Part shown: in pieces, positions 51,377 through 60,579 of the stretch | Layout of the letters: each line of letters begins with the position of its first letter | How positions within the stretch are numbered: the first letter of the stretch is position 1 | Source of the DNA: an uncultured Pseudomonadota bacterium | Lineage (GTDB): Bacteria > Oederibacteriota > Muellerivitia > Muellerivitales > Muellerivitaceae | Reading direction: 5' to 3' | Length of the DNA: 64,000 nucleotides | Assembly (NCBI GenBank): GCA_963836235.1 | Contig: CAWIIP010000002.1 | Span: 256,001 to 320,000 of the forward strand | Notes under the pieces: generated by a model | What the model saw: the letters and a program-made list of their open reading frames with translations, nothing else | The model's database searches: none | Told to the model about the DNA's origin: nothing | Position numbers and translations under genes: made by a program

Positions 51377-52630
51377 ATGCCCGCGAAAACCTTGCAAAAA
51401 AAACATAACCCTTATGCCGCCTTCCGATACGCAAATTACCGTTATTACACTCTTGGTAATTTCCTCTCGGTCATAGGCCAGCAAATGCTGCGGCTTGCGG
51501 TCGGTTATAAAATTTATCACCAAACCCACTCTTTTTTGGCCTTAGGTCTGGTGGGCCTTTTCATTTGGATCCCCATCTTCTTTTTCATGCTGCCGGGTGG
51601 AGGTGTAGCCGACCGTTTCAACCGAAAATACATTGTTCTCATTTGCAACTTGCTTTACGCCCTATGCGCAACCGGGCTGGCCCTAGCGCCCCTCAGTTCG
51701 AACCCTATCCCTTTAATGTATGTCTTTCTTTTTCTCACCGGCCTGAATAGGGCCTTTTGTGATCCAGCCCGGCAAGCCCTCTTGCCCCAGTTGGTGCCAA
51801 AAAAGGACTTTACCAATGCCATTACTTGGAACAGCAGTATATTCCAGATAGCTTCGGTCACCGGACCCGCCATTGGAGGAATACTCTATGCCGTCATAGG
51901 TTATTCAAGGGTTTGTGGTTTGGAAGTGCTCTTGGAACTCATCTTTTTTGCCAATGTGCTGGCCATTCGTCAGGCCCCATTAAATTTCAAACGCGAACCT
52001 GTCACGTTGCAATCGCTTCTCACGGGTCTTCGATTCGTTCGTCAAAACAAATTGATTCTCGCCACTATTACAATGGATCTTTTCGCGGTTCTGTTAGGTG
52101 GGTCGGTGGCTATGTTGCCCGCCTTTGCCGATGATGTGTTGCATTGCGGACCGGTGGGTTTAGGCTGGCTTCAGTCCGCCCCATCCTTAGGAGCCTTTCT
52201 GGTAACTATGTTCATAACCCACCTTCCCCCCATGAAAAAAGCTGGCCGAGTCCTGCTTTGGGCGGTGGCTGGATTTGGTGCCGCTACGATCGTTTTTGGA
52301 ATGTCCCACTCTTTTTGGCTGTCCTTCTTGATGATGCTGCTGACGGGGGCGTTGGACCTCATCAGCGTGATCGTGAGGGGAACCCTTGTCCAAGTATTGA
52401 CTCCCGATTCGATGCGGGGCCGGGTAAATGCGGTAAGCTATATTTTTATCCATTCATCAAACGAACTTGGAGGGTTTGAATCCGGTTCGGCTGCAGCTCT
52501 TGTAGGCCTGGTCCCTTCAGTGGTTTTGGGAGGTTTGGGAAGTGTTTTGGTTGTCCTGGCCGTTACTCGAATTTGGCCTCAAGTGGCACAGCTGGGATCA
52601 CTGCAGAATCCCTTGAGAGATTCCGCTTAA
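51377..52630 (+). CDS. MFS transporter (EntS/MFS_3-like)
   Basis: GG.VADRFNRK, GPAIGG, DLFAVLLG, TPD.MRGRV. Confidence 0.9.
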   Translation: MPAKTLQKKHNPYAAFRYANYRYYTLGNFLSVIGQQMLRLAVGYKIYHQTHSFLALGLVGLFIWIPIFFFMLPGGGVADRFNRKYIVLICNLLYALCATGLALAPLSSNPIPLMYVFLFLTGLNRAFCDPARQALLPQLVPKKDFTNAITWNSSIFQIASVTGPAIGGILYAVIGYSRVCGLEVLLELIFFANVLAIRQAPLNFKREPVTLQSLLTGLRFVRQNKLILATITMDLFAVLLGGSVAMLPAFADDVLHCGPVGLGWLQSAPSLGAFLVTMFITHLPPMKKAGRVLLWAVAGFGAATIVFGMSHSFWLSFLMMLLTGALDLISVIVRGTLVQVLTPDSMRGRVNAVSYIFIHSSNELGGFESGSAAALVGLVPSVVLGGLGSVLVVLAVTRIWPQVAQLGSLQNPLRDSA

Positions 52631-52677
52631 CCGCAAATCATCGAAGTTCTTGGAAAATACTTGATTACAAAAAATAT

Positions 52678-54069
52678 TCATTTTCCAAGTTCCCAACGAA
52701 GCGCTGATTCCAGGGTGGGATAAAGAAATTGAAACCCGGAGTCGAGGAGTTTCGCCGGTTTCACCTGTTGCCCTTCTAATAAGAGGGCATCTCCCATCTC
52801 TCCGAAAATAGCCTTCACCATGAAACCAGGCAGGGGAAACAGGACCGGTCTTTTCAAAACTGCTCCTAAAACCTTAGTAAATACCGAGTTCATTGCGGCC
52901 TGGGGTGCCGTCGCGTTCACCGGCCCCGAAAGAGAATCGGCATAGATCAGATAGTGATAGATTCCGATCAAGTCTTCGAGGGAAACCCAGCTCATCCATT
53001 GTTTCCCCGTTCCGATGATTCCTCCGGCGCCCATTTGAAAAGGCGTCAGCATCTTGGCCAAGGCACCGCCCTGGGAAGTCAGGACAATCCCCGTTCGGAC
53101 ATTTACCACTCGAATACCGGATTTTCGGGCGGGCTCTGTTGCCTCTTCCCAAGCCCGGCAGACTTCCGGCAGAAACCCCGCACCAACCACGCTTGTTTCA
53201 GTCAAATCCTCATCACCCCGATTACCGTAAAAGCCGATGGCTGATGACGATAGCATTACGCGAGGAGGATGCTTCAAGGAAGCCAAAGTTTCCGCGAGGA
53301 ACCGGGTGCCTTTCACACGGCTTTTGAGAATTTCATCTTTGCGCCTTGCGGTCCACTTTCCCGCCCCGATATTCTCACCGGCCAAGTGGATGAGGACATC
53401 GGTACTTTCCAAGGCCGTCTTATCCACTTCCCCGTGGTAAGGGTCCCAAAAGATTTCCGAACTTTCCAATTGCGGTGGGCGGCGCACCATCGTCCTGACT
53501 TGGTGGCCTCCACAGGACAAATAGGCGCCTAAGACGCTCCCGATCATTCCAGAAGCCCCGGTGATCACTATTTTCAAAGGCGGCTTATCCGCGTAAGGAT
53601 GGTAACGCTTCAGGTCGTTTTGGGTCCGGGAATGACGAAAACCAAAGGTGCGTTCCAATTTTTTTCGGATATATCCACCGGCAATCGCCCGCCCCAGTAA
53701 TCCCAAGGGCGGCTGATACTCGATATGGTCGGAAAGAACGCTGGTCTTGTCAGTGTCAGGAAGGAACTGATGGGTATGGACCCACTTGGAGAAAGGTCCC
53801 TGCACTTGCTCATCACAAAATTGGCGGCCTTCAATGTAACCACTATGTGAGGCGGTCCAACGGCGATGGAAAGGGCCTTGTCGCATTTCAAATACCATCC
53901 GGCCTCCATCGGTAATACCGCCCTTCCTTTCAATGATTTTGATCTTTTCCCAGGGTGGGGTAAGCCGCTCAAAAGTCTGAAGCCGATTGTGCCAGCCGAA
54001 TAACTCCTTGACGGAAACGTCGATAATCGATTTCTTTTCGAAAAGAGGCAAGTAGATCCTTTCGCTCAA
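52678..54069 (-). CDS. SRPBCC domain fused to TIGR01777/YfcH-type NAD-dependent epimerase
   Basis: WH....ERLTPPW, F.D.Q..GPF..W.H.H; ITGASG.IG, HLAGENI, G.QW.SW. Confidence 0.88.
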   Translation of the reverse strand: MSERIYLPLFEKKSIIDVSVKELFGWHNRLQTFERLTPPWEKIKIIERKGGITDGGRMVFEMRQGPFHRRWTASHSGYIEGRQFCDEQVQGPFSKWVHTHQFLPDTDKTSVLSDHIEYQPPLGLLGRAIAGGYIRKKLERTFGFRHSRTQNDLKRYHPYADKPPLKIVITGASGMIGSVLGAYLSCGGHQVRTMVRRPPQLESSEIFWDPYHGEVDKTALESTDVLIHLAGENIGAGKWTARRKDEILKSRVKGTRFLAETLASLKHPPRVMLSSSAIGFYGNRGDEDLTETSVVGAGFLPEVCRAWEEATEPARKSGIRVVNVRTGIVLTSQGGALAKMLTPFQMGAGGIIGTGKQWMSWVSLEDLIGIYHYLIYADSLSGPVNATAPQAAMNSVFTKVLGAVLKRPVLFPLPGFMVKAIFGEMGDALLLEGQQVKPAKLLDSGFQFLYPTLESALRWELGK

Positions 54070-54102
54070 ATGGTATTTGGATAGATCATACCGCCTTTAA
54101 AC

Positions 54103-54132
54103 AAAAAAGCCGCCTCCCAAGGGAAACGGCCT
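54103..54132 (-). terminator. Intrinsic terminator after the Spy-like gene
   Basis: Minus strand GCCGTTTCCC-TT-GGGAGGCGGC followed by TTTTTT. Confidence 0.6.
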
Positions 54133-54191
54133 ATCGTTTCGACTTTAATTCAAACTGAAAGTCAGTTGGTTTTCACACCGCCATTATCGCT

Positions 54192-54768
54192 TTAATCCTT
54201 ATTACCCGATCCGTCACTGTCGGGAGGCGGCCCTTTTTTATCACCGTCTTTTCCCTCATGGTGCCAGCTACCTTTCCATCTCTTCATCATTTCCATTCCT
54301 CTTTCTTTCATACCGAGGACAAATTTGGCCTGCTGAGTGGGGATCAATATTTCCCGCAAGCTGATCTTCCATTTTCTGCCGGGCGGTTTCCATGCTTTTG
54401 CGGTCCGTCTTCAGGGTCTCCAAAACTTTCTTAATTTCATCTTCCGAAGCCTTCGTGTCGACTTTCTGCTGAAGCGTGTCCATATCGATCTTCATTTGAT
54501 CCCGAAGGGGCTTCATGTTTTCCATTTGTTTCTTGAAAAGTTCTTTCAGTTTGTCGGCCTGACTGTCGGTCAAACCCAATTTTTCCTTTATCCGATCCAT
54601 GTGACCGCCCATCATCCCTCCCTGCATCCCATCCGGGCCGCCCTGGACATCCATCATTCCCCGCTTACCGGTTCCCGATGCCGATTGGTCATCGTCCGCT
54701 TGAACAACCAACACCAATCCAAAAGTCAGGGCCGCCAAAAGGCTCGCTAAAGCCATCCATTTTTTCAT
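54192..54768 (-). pseudogene. Spy/CpxP (LTXXQ) family periplasmic protein with a 1-nt frameshift near 54360
   Basis: Signal peptide, Met/Gly-rich, LGLTDSQ; the second motif ILIPTQQAKF appears only after removing one base. Confidence 0.7.
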
Positions 54769-54834
54769 CTTCACACCTCCAAAAGATTTGAACCACAAAA
54801 ACAGCCGTCGACGTTTTTCTCGTGGCAACAATGA

Positions 54835-54862
54835 TTAGACGTTTCCCATGGATAAAAGTGCC
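54835..54862 (-). promoter_or_regulatory. Putative ECF (sigmaE-type) promoter
   Basis: GGCACTT-N15-GTCTAA upstream of the Spy-like gene. Confidence 0.5.
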
Positions 54863-54904
54863 GTGACTCGAAAATTTATATTTTCAGTGCCTTTTTTGGG
54901 GATT

Positions 54905-54933
54905 GAAACTTTTGCGGTATACCCGACGTCAAA
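54905..54933 (+). promoter_or_regulatory. Putative ECF (sigmaE-type) promoter
   Basis: GAAACTT-N16-GTCAAA upstream of ATG 54977. Confidence 0.55.
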
Positions 54934-54976
54934 AAAACAGGAAGTTGATTCGATTCATTTAAACGAGGAGATTAAA

Positions 54977-55615
54977 ATGAAAAAACAGGTTTTTTTACTC
55001 ACGGCTTTATTTTTACTGGCGAGCCTCAATGCCGCCCGGGCCCAAGTTCAAGTGGGTGTCAACATTGGTGGCGGTGGTGATAGTTTCCACTTAGCCATCG
55101 GCGATTACTATCACGCGCCGCCGGATCAGGTGAACGTCTGCGTACAACAGCGCATTCCAGATGAGGAGCAACCCGTGGTTTTTTACGTCGCCCAACGGGC
55201 CGGTGTTGCCCCGGGCGCCATTATCGATCTTCGCGTTCATGGAATGCCCTGGGTTGATATCCTTCACCGGTACCGTTTAAGCCCCAGGATTTTTTATGTC
55301 CCTATCCGTGGAAGCGTGTATGGCACCCCTTACGAGAGGTTCTATGCTTATTACAATGGCCGTGGGCCGCGTGTACGTTTGTTGGATGCGGACATAGTGA
55401 ACATGGTGAACCTGCGTTTCGCCTCCGAATATTACCACCGCACACCGGAGGAAATCATTCGGCTTCGGGCGGGAGGCAGAAGCTTTGCCTATATTCATGA
55501 CCAATATCATGGTGGATACCATGGTGACCGCCGTTACGACGATCACCAAGACCACCCCCATCATTTCAATGACGATCATGATCGGAACCATCGGGACGAT
55601 GGATATAGCCGCTAA
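54977..55615 (+). CDS. Secreted hypothetical protein with His/Asp-rich tail
   Basis: GAGGAG RBS, signal peptide MKKQVFLL...ARAQ. Confidence 0.8.
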   Translation: MKKQVFLLTALFLLASLNAARAQVQVGVNIGGGGDSFHLAIGDYYHAPPDQVNVCVQQRIPDEEQPVVFYVAQRAGVAPGAIIDLRVHGMPWVDILHRYRLSPRIFYVPIRGSVYGTPYERFYAYYNGRGPRVRLLDADIVNMVNLRFASEYYHRTPEEIIRLRAGGRSFAYIHDQYHGGYHGDRRYDDHQDHPHHFNDDHDRNHRDDGYSR

Positions 55616-55715
55616 GCCTTCTTTAAAAATTTATGCCATTCTAAGGGCGGAATTATTTCGGCCCTTTTTATTTTGAGCGTCATGAAAAACCATTAGAAAG
55701 GCTCTTTATTATTTT

Positions 55716-55744
55716 GGAACTTTTTTAAAAGCTCATTGGTCTAA
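55716..55744 (+). promoter_or_regulatory. Putative ECF (sigmaE-type) promoter
   Basis: GGAACTT-N16-GTCTAA upstream of ATG 55787. Confidence 0.65.
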
Positions 55745-55786
55745 CCATCTGAAGGTGATGTTCAAACAATCAGGAGGAGAGAAGAA

Positions 55787-56116
55787 ATGAAAAAGTTATT
55801 GGCCGCAGCGATGATTTTATTTTTTGTCGGTGCCAACGGTTTGGCTCTGGCTCAGGATGCCAACGGAAAGAACCCCGCAATGAGCCCGAAAGCCCGTTTA
55901 AAACGCCAGCACAGGCGCATTAAACAAGGCGTAAAAAGCGGAAAAATCAGCAAATCCGAACATAAGCAATTGGCTCAAGAGGGTAAGGATATCAATCAGG
56001 AACGTAAAGCCGATTTGGCGAAAGACGGGGGCAAGTTGGATAATTCAGACCGTAAATCCCTGGAATCCCAGGAAAACCTTCGTTCTGAGCAAATCAAACA
56101 GGACAAAAGCAACTAA
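55787..56116 (+). CDS. Small secreted helical protein
   Basis: AGGAGG RBS, signal peptide, RI.QGV.SG.I...E...L motif. Confidence 0.8.
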   Translation: MKKLLAAAMILFFVGANGLALAQDANGKNPAMSPKARLKRQHRRIKQGVKSGKISKSEHKQLAQEGKDINQERKADLAKDGGKLDNSDRKSLESQENLRSEQIKQDKSN

Positions 56117-56137
56117 TTAAGTAGCAATGTCTGAAGT

Positions 56138-56172
56138 AAAAAAGGGCTGGCAATAATTTCCCAGCCCTTTTT
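56138..56172. terminator. Bidirectional intrinsic terminator
   Basis: AAAAAGGGCTGG...CCAGCCCTTTTT between convergent genes. Confidence 0.8.
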
Positions 56173-56181
56173 ATTTCCCAT

Positions 56182-56682
56182 TTATTCCGCAATGTATTTA
56201 CCAATATGCACTTGGTTCGCGACGGCACCATCCACATAATCCTTGGCGAGTTTGGCTTTCGGGGTATCCACGGGGGCCAGTTCCAGATACTTTTTCCAGC
56301 ATTCCACAGCTTTATCTTTGTAACCCCGGTTCAAGTAGATCGCTCCCAGGGAAAAATGGACATCGATATGGGCAGGATCCAGTTGAAAAACCCTTTCATA
56401 TTCCACCATCGCCTCTTCCCACCACATTTTGGAGTAATAGGCGTTGCCCAGGTGAAAATGGGCGGAAGGATGGTCGGGACGGAGGGAAACGGCCTTAGTA
56501 CATTCCTTGATGGCATCGTCATAACGCCCTGCTTTAAAAAGAAGGATGCCTATATTGAGCTGTGCGGGAAAATAAGAATGATCCAGCTTAATGGCTTCCC
56601 GATAAAGTTCTTCAGCTCCGTGAAAATCCTGGTTCTTATAGAGATGAACCGCTTCCTTGTTCAGTTCTTCCGCTGTTGCCAT
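56182..56682 (-). CDS. TPR protein
   Basis: Four tandem TPR motifs. Confidence 0.85.
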   Translation of the reverse strand: MATAEELNKEAVHLYKNQDFHGAEELYREAIKLDHSYFPAQLNIGILLFKAGRYDDAIKECTKAVSLRPDHPSAHFHLGNAYYSKMWWEEAMVEYERVFQLDPAHIDVHFSLGAIYLNRGYKDKAVECWKKYLELAPVDTPKAKLAKDYVDGAVANQVHIGKYIAE

Positions 56683-56717
56683 CCAAACCTCAAAAAACTT
56701 CAGTGGTAATTCTGAAT

Positions 56718-57593
56718 TTATGGAATGACTTTGTTAAGGGGATACTCCACGATTCCTTCGGCGCCAGCTTCCTTCAGCTTGGGAACAATTCCACGGACGA
56801 TTTTTTCATCCACCACCGTATCCACATCTACCCAATCCTTGTCCTGCAAATCCGCCACCGTTGGCGAATTCAACGCCGGCAATACTTTCAAAACCTTGTC
56901 CAGGTCTTTGCGCCGGACATTCATTTTCAAGCCAACTTTTTCCTCGGCGGCTAAAGCGCCTTTCAACATCAGGACCATATCTTCGACCTTCTTCTTCTTC
57001 CAAGGATCGCCCCAGGCGGCCTTATTGACGATAACCACGGTATTGGATTCCATAATGGTTTCAAGAATTACCAGATTATTGGCCCTTAAAGACGAGCCCG
57101 TTTCAGTGACCTCAATGATGGCGTCCGCCAGTTCGGGCGGCTTGGCTTCGGTGGCACCCCAGGAGAACTCCACATGGGCCGTCACACCGTTCTTCTTTAA
57201 GTATTCTTTGGAAACGTTCACCAGTTCGGTGGCGATTTTCTTCCCTTGCAGGTCCTTGACCGACTTGATGGGGGAATTGGCGGGCGCGGCCAAAACCCAA
57301 CGGACCGGCCTTAACCCTTGCTTGGCGTAAATCAACTCGGCAATTTCCATCACGTCGGAGCCGTTTTCCTTAACCCAGTCCCGGCCCGTCATACCCACAT
57401 CCAAGGTGCCATCCTCCACGTAACGGCTCATTTCTTGGGCGCGGATCAGCATGGGCTTCATTTCAGAATCGTCGATACTGGGAAAATAAGAGCGGGACGT
57501 GGAAGAAATCTTGTACCCCGCCTTGGCGAATAAATGAAAAGTGGATTCCTGAAGGCTGCCCTTGGGCAATCCTAGCTTTAACAAGTTGGACAT
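56718..57593 (-). CDS. hisG: ATP phosphoribosyltransferase (long form)
   Basis: [33 protein letters not shown]-terminal regulatory domain. Confidence 0.95.
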   Translation of the reverse strand: MSNLLKLGLPKGSLQESTFHLFAKAGYKISSTSRSYFPSIDDSEMKPMLIRAQEMSRYVEDGTLDVGMTGRDWVKENGSDVMEIAELIYAKQGLRPVRWVLAAPANSPIKSVKDLQGKKIATELVNVSKEYLKKNGVTAHVEFSWGATEAKPPELADAIIEVTETGSSLRANNLVILETIMESNTVVIVNKAAWGDPWKKKKVEDMVLMLKGALAAEEKVGLKMNVRRKDLDKVLKVLPALNSPTVADLQDKDWVDVDTVVDEKIVRGIVPKLKEAGAEGIVEYPLNKVIP

Positions 57594-57735
57594 TTAAAAT
57601 TCCTTGAGGGTTTTGGTCTAAAACGAGCTTATTTAACAGCCTGCCTTTGGCTTTGGCAAGGTCTGTTTATCCCTTTATAAGGGCTTATGAACTTTTGTAG
57701 ACTAACCCCCTCTAAAAAAGCGAAGGATAAAAACC

Positions 57736-58827
57736 GTGGAAAGCCCCGTTGATTTTTATAACTACTCCCGAGAAGAACTGATCAGCCTCTTCACCGAATG
57801 GGGCTCGCCTAAACACACCGGAACCCAAGCTTTCCATTGGCTTTACCAAAAGCACGCCGGAAGTTTCGATGATATGACCGATCTTTCCAAGGAACTGCGG
57901 CAGGACCTATCCAAGAAAGCTACCCTCTCCACCCTAAAACTTCACACCCGCCAGGTTTCACAAGATGGCACGGCAAAATATCTCTGGCAATTACCCCCCG
58001 ACGAACATGGCCATACGGCCTTAGTGGAAAGCGTCCTAATTCCCATGGCTCGGGACGAAGAAGGTGAGCCTGGTCGTTTCACCGCCTGTCTTTCCACCCA
58101 GGCGGGTTGCCGGATGAAATGCACCTTCTGCGCAACCGGCGTGCCCAAGTTCCAACGTGACCTCACGACCGGCGAAATTGTGGCCCAAGTCGCGGGCATG
58201 GAAAGGAATTCTGCGGTCAAGTTCAACAACGTTGTGGTTATGGGCATGGGCGAACCCATGGATAATTATGAAAACACCGAAAAAGCCATGCGAATCCTCC
58301 ATGACCCGGAAGGCCTTAATCTTGGCCGGCGCCGAATCACCGTTTCTACTTCCGGGCTAATTGACAATATCGAACGCTTTACGAAGGATGACTGGCCAGT
58401 GTCTCTGGCCGTCTCCCTGCACAGCGCGGACCCCGAAATCCGTAGCCGCCTCATGCCTATCAACCGGTCCAATCCCCTGGACCGGCTCTGGAAAGTCATG
58501 CGGAAATATACTTATGCCCGCCGCCTACCCGTAACCCTCGAATATATCCTCTTAAAAGACGTCAATGACCGCCCCGAGGATGCCGCCAAACTCGCCTCCT
58601 ATTGCAAGTATTTGCTTTGCAAGGTCAACCTGATCCGTTATAACCCCGTGCCGACCCTGCCTTTTGACGCGCCCTCCGAAGAACGGGTAACGGCTTTTAA
58701 GGAAAACTTGAGGAACCAGGGAATGAAAGTTTTCTTGCGGGAACGTAAAGGCGTGGATATCGCAGCGGCTTGTGGCCAATTGGGATTTGAGAATACCCCC
58801 TCTTCCCAAAAGGCGGAGACAGTTTAG
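57736..58827 (+). CDS. rlmN: 23S rRNA (adenine2503-C2) radical SAM methyltransferase
   Basis: CLSTQAGCRMKCTFCATG, MGMGEP, SLH, EY, IAAACGQL. Confidence 0.95.
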   Translation: MESPVDFYNYSREELISLFTEWGSPKHTGTQAFHWLYQKHAGSFDDMTDLSKELRQDLSKKATLSTLKLHTRQVSQDGTAKYLWQLPPDEHGHTALVESVLIPMARDEEGEPGRFTACLSTQAGCRMKCTFCATGVPKFQRDLTTGEIVAQVAGMERNSAVKFNNVVVMGMGEPMDNYENTEKAMRILHDPEGLNLGRRRITVSTSGLIDNIERFTKDDWPVSLAVSLHSADPEIRSRLMPINRSNPLDRLWKVMRKYTYARRLPVTLEYILLKDVNDRPEDAAKLASYCKYLLCKVNLIRYNPVPTLPFDAPSEERVTAFKENLRNQGMKVFLRERKGVDIAAACGQLGFENTPSSQKAETV

Positions 58828-58829
58828 AA

Positions 58830-59810
58830 ATGCCCCCACTTTTCCTAAAAATAAAACTGACCCCCACCGAGAAAAACCTCACCCGAAAGGCCTTATCCCT
58901 TTTGGGAACTTTTACTCTCATTACGATACTGACAGCCTTGAGCGCCATGTTTTATACCCAGATGCACCAGCCGATGATCGTTCCCAAAATTATTGGAATG
59001 GACGAAAAGCAAGGCGAGAAGGCCCTTTCTTCCAAAGGCCTTCATATGAAAATCCTTCGGGCCCAATATGACGAACACGTCCCGGAAGGATTGGTGTGTG
59101 AACAGGACCCCAAGGCCAATTACTACGTCAAGCGGGGACAAACCGTCAGCGTCATATTGAGCAAGGGAAACCCCAAAGTGAAAGTGCCGTCTGTGGTCGC
59201 CATGTCCTTTCCCCAGGCCCAGGTTTCCCTCGCGGGAGCCCATTTGAGGGTGGGCCGGGAATCCCTGATGAACTCCACGGAACCAAGGGACTCGATCCTA
59301 GCCCAAGTCCCGCCTGCCGACGAGGTGGTGGATTCCTTCACCGATGTGAATCTCTTGGTTTCCGACGGACCGGTTGATCCCAGTTATCTCATGCCGGACT
59401 TAAGAAACCAACCGCTGGAAAAAGCCTTCAAAACCCTCCGGCCCGCGGGAATCACCATCGAAAAAATCAAAAGCGAGGTTCATGACGACCTGGATTCCGA
59501 AATGGTTCTTTCGCAGCTTCCCCCCGCCGGATCAAAGATCCAGCCCAAAGACAGCGTTTCCTTCGTTGTCAGCGCCAAAAGTTCTGAGGGAAATTTGAAA
59601 CCCCGATACGCCAAGATCGCTTTTGATATGCCGGAAGGAAATCCCCGCCGCCTGCAAATCGATATTTTCGACGGTTCCGGCACCCGAACTATTTATAACA
59701 AGATGGAATCTCCAAAAGATCATGTGGAGCTGGGAGTCAGCGTTACGGGGAAGGCTTCCGCCCAAATCTACTTAAACCAAGAGTTCGTCAAAGAAATACC
59801 CATCGAATAA
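58830..59810 (+). CDS. Membrane-anchored triple PASTA domain protein
   Basis: One TM helix, three VP...G.....A...L...G....V..Q.P repeats. Confidence 0.88.
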   Translation: MPPLFLKIKLTPTEKNLTRKALSLLGTFTLITILTALSAMFYTQMHQPMIVPKIIGMDEKQGEKALSSKGLHMKILRAQYDEHVPEGLVCEQDPKANYYVKRGQTVSVILSKGNPKVKVPSVVAMSFPQAQVSLAGAHLRVGRESLMNSTEPRDSILAQVPPADEVVDSFTDVNLLVSDGPVDPSYLMPDLRNQPLEKAFKTLRPAGITIEKIKSEVHDDLDSEMVLSQLPPAGSKIQPKDSVSFVVSAKSSEGNLKPRYAKIAFDMPEGNPRRLQIDIFDGSGTRTIYNKMESPKDHVELGVSVTGKASAQIYLNQEFVKEIPIE

Positions 59811-59912
59811 TCCATCTTCCCGCCTTTAGCCAATTCCCAGCCATACCTAGGATGTTGAAACCCTTTTTGCTAAGATACCGTCTCAACCAACTCATCCCCA
59901 TCAAGGAATTTC

Positions 59913-60578
59913 ATGAAACCCGTCAAAGTTTCAGCCTCCATCCTCTCCGCTGATTTCGGCAATCTGCTCGCGGCGACCCAAAAAGCCATCGATGCGGGCG
60001 CCGACATGGTGCATATGGACGTGATGGACGGCCACTTCGTTCCCAACATTACCTTCGGAGCGCCTGTCATCGCCGGGCTCAAAGGCAAAATCAACGTACC
60101 CATGGATACCCACCTGATGATCGAGAACGCGAACAAGTACATCCCCGATTTCATCAAGGCCGGTTCTACCTACATCCTTTTCCACGCCGAGGCGGTGGAA
60201 AATCCTGTGGAAACCATTCACCTCATCCGCCAGGACGGCTGTAAGGCCGGGATGGTCCTGAACCCCACAACCTCCGAGGAAGTTTTAAAACCCTACGCCA
60301 AAGACCTGGAATATGTCCTCTTCATGTCGGTTTGGCCCGGCTTTTCCGGCCAATCTTTTATCCCGGAGGTCGTCCCCAAAATCGCCCGTTTCTCTAAATG
60401 GTGTGAAAAGGAAAGACTCAGCCCCCTCATCGCTGTGGATGGCGGCATTTCTCCCGTGACCGCCCCCCGGGTGGTGGATGCCGGGGCCAACTTGCTGGTA
60501 GCCGCCACGGCCATCTTCAAAGCGCCGGATATGAAAGAAGCTATCGCCGCCCTCAAATCCGCCGGGCAAAAAAATTGA
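59913..60578 (+). CDS. rpe: Ribulose-phosphate 3-epimerase
   Basis: SILSADF, H.DVMDGHFVPNITFG, D.HLM, MSV.PGF.GQ, VDGGI. Confidence 0.96.
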   Translation: MKPVKVSASILSADFGNLLAATQKAIDAGADMVHMDVMDGHFVPNITFGAPVIAGLKGKINVPMDTHLMIENANKYIPDFIKAGSTYILFHAEAVENPVETIHLIRQDGCKAGMVLNPTTSEEVLKPYAKDLEYVLFMSVWPGFSGQSFIPEVVPKIARFSKWCEKERLSPLIAVDGGISPVTAPRVVDAGANLLVAATAIFKAPDMKEAIAALKSAGQKN

Positions 60579-60579
60579 A

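Noticed and set aside
54848-54976. Extended N-termini given by the ORF track for 54848..55615 and 54268..54831
   Set aside because: Better RBS plus signal-peptide starts exist at 54977 and 54768; the extensions overlap promoter and leader sequence.
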